A stretch of 64,000 nt of DNA, taken from assembly GCA_028534125.1 (NCBI GenBank), contig CM052816.1:15998001-16062000 (forward strand), given 5' to 3'. Every line of letters starts with the position of its first letter. The first letter of the stretch is position 1. This DNA comes from Lama glama. Its lineage: Eukaryota. The position numbers and the translations under genes are program-made. Under the pieces are notes generated by a model. That model was not told the origin of the DNA. It did not search any database and was given only the letters and a program-made list of their open reading frames with translations. Of this stretch, positions 54,419 through 64,000 are shown piece after piece.

Positions 54419-55814
54419 CTAAAATCTGCATAGTTTTAAGGGAGTTCATAGACATCTCTCCAACAATAAAACGAGATGTTGAGGAAAAGATCTTCTGGTT
54501 CTAGGGCATAATTTAAATACCCAATTGTTTGAACAAAAGAGAAAATTGCATCCTCTGGATTTACATATCTAACAACTATACAAGAGTTCAGGACCTGCCA
54601 GAAAACAGACTGGGTACTATCAAGAAATTCAGGTGCTTGATCAAGCCCCACTAAGTCACATGGTCTCTTCAGACAGTAGCTCCGAGATGTGATACACTGC
54701 TAATATTTTATGATTCTATTATTTGAAATCTCACTTGACTTTGTAGACAAAAGAACAAATGGCACTTTTATTTTCCTATGTCATAGTTTAGTATGATGTT
54801 TAAGGTTAGCCTGGGAACCTAAACACCAAAACTTTATTTCTATGGAAAAAACAAGTGTGCTCCTGCATTTCTGGAATGAAGCTGCAGAGGTTGCTGGCAG
54901 CATCAGGCATGAGTCAGGTATTCCTATCCTGGGAACTGCCTTGGAGATTTTAGCAGCCTTCTCTCTCTAAAATATCCAGAATTGGACTTTGTCAAAATTC
55001 CTCTTTGTCAGTCAATGGTACAGTCATACATACTGGGAGACCTTAAAGAAAATCTTGATTTATTAAGTTAATGATGGCAGTTCAAATTACATTTAAATAG
55101 CAACCCAGAAGAGCCAAAAAAAGTTTCTCAATCAATGAACCTTTGTAAAGCAAAGATTCATTTTTTAAGAAAGAAAAAAAACCTTCCCAGAGATTTCAAG
55201 AAGCTTATCTCTTGAAGTAAGAAGGTATGTCTGCTTTCCAAGATAAAACTAATTCAGTCATCTTCTGTCAACCGTTTATTAAAGTTCTGAATATTCCACA
55301 AGACTATGTGCTAATTTGTTTCACCATTTTGACTGGAGTTCACTCGATCCTTACCTCTGATAATATTAATGTAATATATGATATCACACTTACAGTACAG
55401 TATTTTAAAATAATCTTTTATTCTTTGGTAACTCCCAATCTTAGACATGTTGAAAGTCTGTAGTCTACAGAAAGATGATTCATAACATGAAACAGATCAT
55501 AATAAAGTTAAGTATAAGATGCAAACTTCTACCATGGAATCAATGTATCTACTAAATTAGCTTTCCCTACGTCTGACACATAACCATACAAAACCTCACC
55601 AAATAAGTTAATTAGAAGTTTACAAAAAACTACTTAATCATGCCCATCTACACAAAGCAATACTACGAAACATTTAAAAGGACAGAAAGTATGGTTTAAA
55701 TGATTTAATCCTTACAATCCTAGTTACTTACTCAAGCAACCAAAACCTCAATCTTTGTTATTTTTAATTCACGTATCAAACTGGTGCCTACCTAACTAAC
55801 AAAAAATGTGGTCA

Positions 55815-56060
55815 TGTCTTTTGGTTTTGTTGTTTTTAATTTGAATTGGCTGCCAAAAATCTGGATTTGTGGCTTCCTCTTTTAAAAAAGAAAAAGGAAG
55901 ATCTGGCAACTTTGGGCACAGATTCTGGCAGCAGCAAAATTTGGAGGGAGCTGAATAGCAGCTGCCCTCCTCTAATAGCACATGCAATTTCTAGTTTCCT
56001 CCAATTATCTTCGCTCACTTTGGTCATCTGCCTGGCCTTTACAGCCATCAGAGTTTGAAA
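55815..56060 (+). mobile_element. MER102-like (hAT) DNA transposon fragment
   Basis: 'aatctggatttgtggcttc...gaagatctggcaac...ggagctgaatagcagctgccc...ctgcctggcc...gagtttg' resembles the recalled MER102 consensus. Confidence 0.65.
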
Positions 56061-57431
56061 TCTTTATTTTAATGAAAATTATCTATTTACTGACTGACTG
56101 ACTGGTCTTTTCAGGGGCCTTAAGAATCTTTAACCACAGAAATACAGTAAGTCAAGTGGTGACCTTGGCATTAAAGCTATTATACTAAATGTTAACTATA
56201 ACCAGCAGGACACCATTAAAATGTATAAGGCACTATTACTGTTAAGAGCTTTTAATATCCTAACTTTTGTCTGTCTTCACCTTCTCAAAGAATCAAGATA
56301 TTCAGCCTCTGACTCTTCCTCAAAATAAAGAAATTAACTTTGTATTTCATTCAATATTATGGCACTCTAAGAGCACCAAAAAGCCTCTTGCATCTGTATA
56401 ACAGAAGTAAAGAAGCAAAACAGGAAACAAGTAAAAAAGGTCTGATCAGTCAGAGACCACACAGTTCACAGAACACATGAAGCCCTCTTCACTCAGAGCC
56501 TACTGGATCTTATTTTAGACATAATTTTAATAAGCTCAGTGATCTGGTTTCCCAGCCCACAACAGATGAGATGCAGCCAACTGGAAAAGGGCTGGGGGTG
56601 GTGCTGCTAGAAGCAGACACTCAAAGCATCAAAATCAAAGCTGAAAACCTATAATGTTAGCAGAAAATTTCAAAATATAGACACCTGGGGCCATTTGGTG
56701 TAGATACAAACAATCCCAAAGGGTCCCTATCCCTGCACAGAACTATACTGAATGTTCAAAATGAAACCTCTTTGGTACACTTTGTTAAAGCAAAGTCAGG
56801 TGACCTTAAAGTATTTATCAAAATAATGTGCATCAAAAGATCTTCCCAAAAAAGACATGGAATTTAAAGGACTGTCAGATTCACAGTCCTTTAAAATCCT
56901 GTCAAAGAAACAATACAATGAATTCCTAAATATGCCACATGTCAAATATTTGCTCTTAGAAAAATTTTATTAGAACCCAGATGGAGTAGTTCATGATATC
57001 TGAAGTTGAGAGGCATTTAAGCAGAACTATTTTTTCAGAGATTGGTAACTGGGAAGGTTCGAGACCAAGACCAATTATATAAGATAAGACTGTCTTTTGG
57101 AGATCCATTATAGATACATTACTAGGGCTGAGGGTGAGAGAGGACTGATCTTATCCATATGTAGGTAAGTTTGCATTCAATTTAAAACTTTTTTTGCAAA
57201 AAGTTTGCAAAAAAAAAAAAATCTCCACCTTCTTTGCACAATCTGACTAGTACGTATACCAAAAATACATTTTATTTTTCTAATCCCTAGAAGTTTCAGA
57301 GGTTGAGCCATACTCTGATGAGGATTTCAGGTTATAAACTAGGTAAAAAAGGTTAATACTGAGTTTTAAAAGTTCAAGTTATTATTTGTCTACATTTGAT
57401 TTTCCTTATTAAAATCTTTATAAGGGCATCT

Positions 57432-57561
57432 AGTGGGGAGGGTGTAGCTTAGTGGTAGAGCACGTGCTTAGTATGCACGAGGTCCTGGGTTCAATCCCCA
57501 GGACTTCCATTTAAAAATAAACAAACCTAATTACCTCCCCCAAAACAAATTTTTTTTTAAT
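57432..57561 (+). mobile_element. tRNA-Ala-derived camelid SINE (vic-1-like)
   Basis: Perfect 15-bp TSD tttataagggcatct at 57417-57431 and 57562-57576. Confidence 0.92.
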
Positions 57562-57881
57562 TTTATAAGGGCATCTTTTAGAGAAAATCTAGAGAATATG
57601 TAGTAACTCAAAAGAAATCATATTATTGGGGGCAAGTGTATTACAAGATTACAGTGTGTGTTTTGAGTGCTATTTCCTTCTCTGAAAAAACCTCCATAAC
57701 ACACATATAAATCAGAGTAGAGATTAAAGGCTACATTTCTTGATCTGTAAATTATCATACATTATACTTACTCTCCTTAAGGTTTTAAAAATAAGAGCAC
57801 AGTCTTCTACCATATAATCTCAAATTCTTAACTTCTCAATGAGTCTTTAAAAACCTAGTAACTCCTTAAAGCCTTAAACAT

Positions 57882-57885
<4 letters not shown>

Positions 57886-57913
<28 letters not shown>
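57886..57913. repeat. (AT)14 microsatellite
   Basis: Direct reading. Confidence 0.95.
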
Positions 57914-57916
<3 letters not shown>

Positions 57917-59475
57917 CTTGGATGACCTCTCCCCAGTGTGTTCCCACCACTTAAATGGTTAAGACACCTTTGCTTAAAGTTCAAGTTTCTTTTAACAAAT
58001 GACCTGCTTCGTTTTAGTACAAGATTTACTCTGTTTAAAGTCTGTCCTTCATTTGATAGAAATCAAAGTAAAAAGAAGTTGGTGAGGAAATAACCTAATT
58101 TACAGTAACCACTGGGATTAATTCCACATTAAAGATCTTTGATAATGAATGAAATGAGGACCAAATGCTGAGCTGAGGTGTTTAAACTGTCCAAATCTGC
58201 ATTTTCACTGAGTTTAAGGCAAGGTGAAAATTGATTCTCTTCCCCCTGCATCTCCATCCCATCCTTCAGGATGGATAATCCCACGATCTACTTCTCACTA
58301 AGTGGCTAGAGGTTTAATACAGCCTCTCCAAGTAGCCAAGTGAAATACCAAACAAAAATCACCAATGGCGCTTCCTCACTTCTAAGAAAGAAACCTGACA
58401 GTGAGAGGCACTAAGAGATTACAATATTAGAAGGAAGGGGGAAAAAAACCCCTTAACTTTAAGCCAAGCCCATACTCTAGAAGCAGTATTAGGAAAACCT
58501 CCGTAAAAACAACTAAACGAATAACCCTTCATGTTAAAGGGTAAAGAAATCCTGTCTAACGGAAATATCAAGCAAAACCTCTTCTAAATTAGAAGGATCT
58601 CCCCGAACATATCACCTAATTTAAGCGTTAAAATCCATTTTGTGAAGACTGCAAAAGGAAACTTTGTGTCATTCTCTCCAGTGGTTTTCAATGTTCAGGT
58701 TTCTACTTTTACCCCTTGACAATTTAACAGCTTTTCTATTAAATCCATTCCGACAAACTTAAGTTAAGTTTCTGACTGCATTTGACAACCTTAAGGAATA
58801 AAACGCTTCTCCCTCTAGTTCGCTCCTCCCTCATAAAAGTCGTATTTTGGTTTTTTTTTTTTCTTTCCTTCTTAACTTCCTACTCTCACAGTTTCTGGAC
58901 GAGTATAGTGGACCTTAGTATGCGGCCGCTAAGGGGCAAGTGAACTCAAAAGAAAGACTTTAGAATTGGACAAAAAGGCTTTCTCCGTCTGCCTGAGATA
59001 CGGACCTCAAGCTCAGATGTTCTGTGAAAGGAGTCTGGGCTGCTAGGGGTACCGGGAGTGGGGTGGGACGGGCAGTGATGGGGCAAGCCCTTTCGACCTC
59101 CGTCGATGGTGCCGCCCAACGCCCCAGCCCCAGCACCCCCTCCTGGCACGGCTGGACAATGGCCCTCTAGCGCAGCAGTCCCAGGCCAGGGAGAGGCCCT
59201 GGGACTCCATACCACACGGGGCCCAGAAAGGAGGCCGAGAAGGAACGCCGAGCCGGCGAGCGCACCCCCGACCTAAGCGCGGGCGGCGCGCCGGGGCCTC
59301 CACCGGCGCCATCACTGGGAGTGAGGTGTGAAGGCCGCCGGGCCAGGCCATCGCCGGCAGCCAGGTCCGAAAAGGCTACTAGCCCGGCGCAGGCGACGGC
59401 GGGAAGTGCAGGCCGCAGCCTGCTCAGCTGACCCGCCCAGCAGCCCGAACCCACAGCCGACCTCTGGCCGCTTAC

Positions 59476-59499
59476 CTTATGGATTCTCTTCAGAGCCAT
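59476..59499 (-). CDS. UBE2D2: UBE2D2 coding exon 1 (MALKRIHK)
   Basis: cccacgATGG strong Kozak context; donor AAG|gtaagc. Confidence 0.97.
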
Positions 59500-60134
59500 C
59501 GTGGGAGACGGGTGGCGGCGGCCCCCGGGGCGGGGACGGGGGCAGGGGAGGGACGGGGAAGGGGCGAGGGGGCACGAGGCCGCCTCGGTGATAGCGGATC
59601 GGCCGGAGAAGATGGAGAGTTTCGGAGAGCGGATCCGGCGGGACCGACTGAGGGCCGGGGCCCACTTGGCTCCTGAGCCTGCCGCAGCGGTCACCGCATC
59701 ACCCGGCGGCGGCCCCTTTATGCGGTGCCGCCCGAGCCGCCACCGCCACCGCCACCACCGCCGCCGTAGCTGCCCCTTCCTCTTAGGCTCAGCGCCGCCT
59801 CCTCAGCCGCCGCGGATCCCTCCGCCGGGGAGCAAGAGCCCAGGCCTGGGGCTCGGCCGGCGCCTCTAGGTCGGACAGCTAGAGGGACTGCCTGCTGCAG
59901 GTGGACGGAGGAACGCGCGGGCGGGCGGCGCCGCCGGGGTGGGGCCGCCGGAGTGCGGGGTGGGCCCAGGCCGAGGGGCAGGTCGGGAGAGCCGGGATTG
60001 GCGGGCCAGGGTAGGGAGGGCAGGGCCGCGCCGGCGGCGGAGGGATACGGGCCGCCCCTGTGAGTATCTTACGCGCCGTCGCCGTCGCCGCCTCGGCCGC
60101 CGAGGGGATGACGCCTCGAAGCGCTACGAGTAGA

Positions 60135-60144
60135 TCTCGCGAGA
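60135..60144. promoter_or_regulatory. CGCG element TCTCGCGAGA (BANP motif)
   Basis: Perfect 10-bp palindrome at the upstream edge of the CpG island. Confidence 0.85.
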
Positions 60145-61379
60145 ACTGTGGCGGGTCTCGTGGAGGCTTGAGCGCTGCGATCTTGAGTCACTTTCCTGTG
60201 GTCCCCCGTACGCGTGTTATCTGAGATCAATAAACGTTTAAAGGCGAATGTTTTCCTATAACTTGGCCGTCTCCATAGCATAGTGCCCTGGAAGAGCACT
60301 TAGGTCCATTGCAACGTTCTTGAAGGAGGAAAGGACTTGTCCAAGGTCACGCACCTCCGCATTGCCAAAGCTGGCACTTAGCTGAAGTCGAGAGTCATTT
60401 CAAATTCGTCTCTGGAAGCCGCGTGGTAGCAACCTGGGCATCTGCAGGAAAGTGCATACTCAAAGCAGGCCACAGGCAGCCCTGAGATGGTCTTTTTGAC
60501 CAAGGCCCAGGTGGACGACAACTTGAATGTCTCTCAGCCACTAGTGTGTCAGTCATAGAAGAGGTGCTCTGCTTGGTGAATTGTTACAAACAAGCAATGT
60601 GCCAATTACCTCAGAAAAAAACTTGCACGGTGTGTACTCTAGTAATTAAAACCAACTTTGTGGTTCAGATCACCATAAGAAGCAAGCCTAGAAAATCTAA
60701 TCCAGGGTTGTTTTAAAACGATGGAGGCAAAAAGCTAGTTCATTAAGCAACTACTCGGTGTTGAGCCCTGCACCAGAACCAGTGAGATAAAAGGCTCATT
60801 GGTTTTGTAAGGCCAAGGCTGGGAGATGCTTTTAATCTGGCTGGAGACACATGGAAGAATAGTAAGGAATATTTTCCTGGGAAGTGATTACCTACATTAT
60901 CAAGTTCACCCCAAGGTTTTCTGATTCTAAATCTGTGTTTTTTCCTCTGTGTGGAAGGGGCCTTAAAGATCATCGATTCTAACTCCTGAATTAAGAGAGG
61001 AGAAACTGGAGCCCCTAAGGAAAGGATCTTGCCGAAAGTTACCCAATAGGTCAGCCGCAAAACTAGTACTGCCTCACCGACTGAGCAGAGGTTGGACCAA
61101 TAGGTTGGGCAACCATAGACCCAGTGTGGCAAAGTCAAAGGAGGGAAATGCTGTATCCGGTTGCCAGGGTGTGTATGTTTTAGGTTGGAGGTGACAAATA
61201 AGATTCCACAGCCCTAAATCTTTACTTCATAAGAACTGTGATGAGAGAAGTACAAAAGTGCCCGTTGGTCAGATTAAAACTTTTTTTTCTTCAACGTTAA
61301 TTTCTTTGTCTTACAAAGCAGTATATATTTGTTGCAAGAAATTCAGATAAGCAAAAGGAAAGAAAGAAAATTCAACCAG

Positions 61380-62062
61380 AAAACAATATGGAGATTCCTC
61401 AAAAGACTAAAAATAGACTTACCATATGATCCAACTATCACACTTTCTGGGCATATATCCAGAGGGAACCTTAATTCAAAAAGATACATGCACCCTAATG
61501 TTCATAGCAGTGCTATTTACAATAGCCAAGACATTGGAAACAATCTAAATGTCTATCAACAATGACTGGATAAAGAAGCTGTGGTATATTTATATAAATG
61601 GAAAACTACTCAGCCATAACAAATAATAAAATAATGCCATTTGCAGCAACATGGATGGACCTGGAGATTGTTATTCTAAGTGAAGTAAGCCAGAAAGAGA
61701 AAGAAAAATACCATATGCTATCACTTATATGTGGAATCTAAAAAAAAGACAAATGAACTTATTTACAAAACAGGAACAGACTCACAGACATAGAAAACAA
61801 ACTTATGGTTACCAAGGGGGGAAGCGGATGGGAAAGGATAAACTGGGAGTTTGAGATTGGCAGATACTAACTAATATATATAAAATAGATAAACAGTAAG
61901 TTCATACTGTATAGCACAGGGAACTATATTCGATATCTCATAGTAACCTATGGTGAAAAAGAATATGAAAATGAGTATATGTATGCTCATATATGACTGA
62001 AGCATTATACTATATACCAGAAATTGACACATTGTATACTGACTATATTTCAGTAAAAAAAA
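61380..62062 (+). mobile_element. Younger 5'-truncated L1 (ORF2 end + 3' UTR)
   Basis: [15 protein letters not shown] remnant, canonical 3' UTR; TSD-like aaagaaaa(a)(t/g)tcaacca flanks. Confidence 0.9.
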
Positions 62063-62634
62063 ATATATATATATACACAAAAGAAAAAGTCAACCATACT
62101 CTCATCATCCAATGTTTAACCATTTTTGACATTTGGTTTATATCCTTACAGTCTTTTTCCCTTACATATAAGTATATATTTTTCTTTGAAAATGTAGGAT
62201 CATGCCATAATACTACTTGGTAATCTATCTTTCAAAATAAAGTATGTAAGGTGTATAACATAGTGATTTGATATATGTGAACACAGTGATATGATTATTA
62301 CAGTCAAGAAAAGTAATATATCCATCTCTCACTTTTTCGTGTGTGGTGAGAGCACCTGAAAATTTTTGGTAATTTACTTTTAAAATAATATATGGTGAAT
62401 CTGCCTGTGTCAATACATATTTCTCCCATATTTTAATGGCTACATAGTCTATCATATAAATGTACCCTACATAATTAACTATTCACATTTTAGGGGACAT
62501 TTAAGTTGTTTCCAATTTTTACCATTAAAAATATTGCCAGAGTGGATATCATGTAGTTAATATTTGTACAACTCTAAGAAGGATTTTTTGAATAAATTCC
62601 TATAAATGAAATTGCTATATCAAAGAGTAATCAA

Positions 62635-63460
62635 ATTTTTGCATCTGTGTTCACAGGGATGGGGGTTTATAATTTTCTTTTCTTGAAATATCTTTGTCAA
62701 GTTTTCATATCAAGGTTATTCTGGCTTCATGAAATAAATTGGAAAGAGTTCCCTCCTCTGTGTTCTGAAAGAGTTTGTGTAGATTTTTTTTTCCTTAAAT
62801 AAATATTTGATAGAATTCACCAGTGAAGCCATCTGGCCCTGGAGTTTTCTTTGCAGAAAGAGTTTGATAATATATTCAATTTCCTTCATAAGTATGAGGC
62901 TGTTTAGATTTTTATTTTTTCTTCTTGTGTCCATTGTGATAAGTTGTATTTTTCAAGGAATTTGTCTATTTCATTTATGTTGTCTAATTTATTAGAGTAA
63001 AGTTACTCATAATATCTTATTTTTCCTCTATCTGTAGCATCTATAATGGTATCCCTTTTTGTATGCCTGATGTTGATTATATGTGTTTTCTCCATTTTTT
63101 TCTTAATTAGTCTTGCTAGGGATTTATTAATTTTATTAATCTCTCCAAAGAACCAACTTTTGACCTTATATTTCCTCTATTGTTTGTCCACTTTCTATAT
63201 TATTGATTTCTACTCTTGTATTTATTATTTTCTTCTTTTTATTTTGGATATAATTTGTTCTTTTTCTAGATTCTTAAAGTAAGAGCTTAGATAACCAATT
63301 TTACACTTTTCATTTTTTCTGATATAAGGACTTTCTAATAAAGTATTTAAAGCATACTGTTTTTGCTGTATCTTACGATTTTGTTATGTTTTGTTTTCAT
63401 TTTCATTCAGTTTAAAGTAGTTTCTAATTCCCCTTGTGATATATTCTTTGACCAAGGGTT
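62635..63460 (-). mobile_element. Old L1 ORF2 fragment
   Basis: 'tagaattcaccagtgaagccatctggccctggag' and 'ccaaagaaccaactttt' are antisense L1 ORF2 hallmarks. Confidence 0.85.
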
Positions 63461-63494
63461 ATTTCCAAATATTTTGGAATTTATAGGCCGTCGG

Positions 63495-64000
63495 GGAAAT
63501 GCAAATTAAAATCATAGTGAGATACCATTTCACACCCACTGGAATGGCAAAAATCAAAAACAGTGACAACAATACGTGGTGACAACAAAGTACAGCAACT
63601 GCAACTCTCATACATTGCAGGGAGAGTGTAAAATGGTACAACCAGTTTGGAGAACTGTTTGGTAATTTCTTATAAAATTAAACATACATCTACCATATGA
63701 TCCAGCAATTCTACTCTTAAGTACTTATTCAAGAAAAATGAAAATACATGTCCACAAAAAGACTTGTACACAAATGTTCATAGCAGCCTCATTCATATAT
63801 AGCCCAAAAGTGGAGACAGCCCAAATGTCCATCAATAGGAGACTGGGATAATAAATTATGACATAGTCATACATTGGAATTCCACAATAACAAAAAAAGG
63901 ATGAACTACTGATACATTCAGCCACATGGATGAATCTCAAAATCATTATGTTAAGCAAAAGAAGAAAGACACAAAAGAATATGAACAGTACAATTCCATT
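63495..64000 (+). mobile_element. Old L1M ORF2 end/3' UTR fragment (runs off the window)
   Basis: 'gaaatgcaaattaaaatcatagtgagataccatttcacaccc...taccatatgatccagcaattctactc...catggatgaatctcaaaatcattatg'. Confidence 0.85.

Larger units (their letters stand above)
59060..60220. promoter_or_regulatory. UBE2D2: UBE2D2 promoter CpG island
   Basis: Very high CpG/GC around coding exon 1; GC boxes, CCAAT box (attgg 59997-60001), CRE half-site TGACG 60109-60113. Confidence 0.92.

Noticed and set aside
57189..57215. 12-bp inverted repeat tttttttgcaaa/tttgcaaaaaaa
   Set aside because: Mostly homopolymer; low complexity.
57436..57510. tRNA-Ala gene (likewise the other seven tRNA-like copies)
   Set aside because: Each has a SINE body and/or A-rich tail, most have TSDs, and the stems or anticodon are mutated; these are SINEs, not tRNA genes.
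58946..60299. Arg/Gly/Pro-rich ORFs across the promoter
   Set aside because: CpG-island compositional artefacts; only the 24-nt coding exon 1 is supported.

Overview
Mammalian genomic DNA, most likely from a camelid: eight tRNA-Ala-derived SINEs of the vic-1 type are present, and I saw no Alu, Bov-tA or PRE-1 SINEs. The only intact protein-coding gene is UBE2D2 (UbcH5B, ubiquitin-conjugating E2) on the minus strand. It has seven coding exons, join(59476..59499, 27351..27414, 21090..21121, 20933..21010, 20743..20848, 16632..16725, 15145..15190) = 444 nt = 147 aa + stop, and all introns are GT-AG. The promoter is a CpG island carrying a TCTCGCGAGA (BANP) element, and the 3' UTR has tandem poly(A) signals. 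The 32-kb intron 1 holds a cluster of retroposed sequences: a HINT1 processed pseudogene absent from the ORF track, an RPS12 processed pseudogene, and an ~89-bp orphan poly(A) insert. It also holds many L1, SINE, MLT and MER fragments. The first ~11 kb are GC-rich intergenic DNA with a second CpG island and a strong CTCF motif; from recalled human synteny, CXXC5 should lie beyond the left edge. Almost all ORFs in the supplied track are spurious or decayed L1. I see no evidence for a new multi-gene biological system. The most interesting signals are retrotransposition by-products (3' transductions, a chimeric L1 3' end) and possible RNA-level regulation of UBE2D2 (inverted L1 tails around exons 2-5, an alternative upstream donor, alternative polyadenylation, cryptic exons). 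Repeat family names and boundaries are by-eye recognitions and are approximate.
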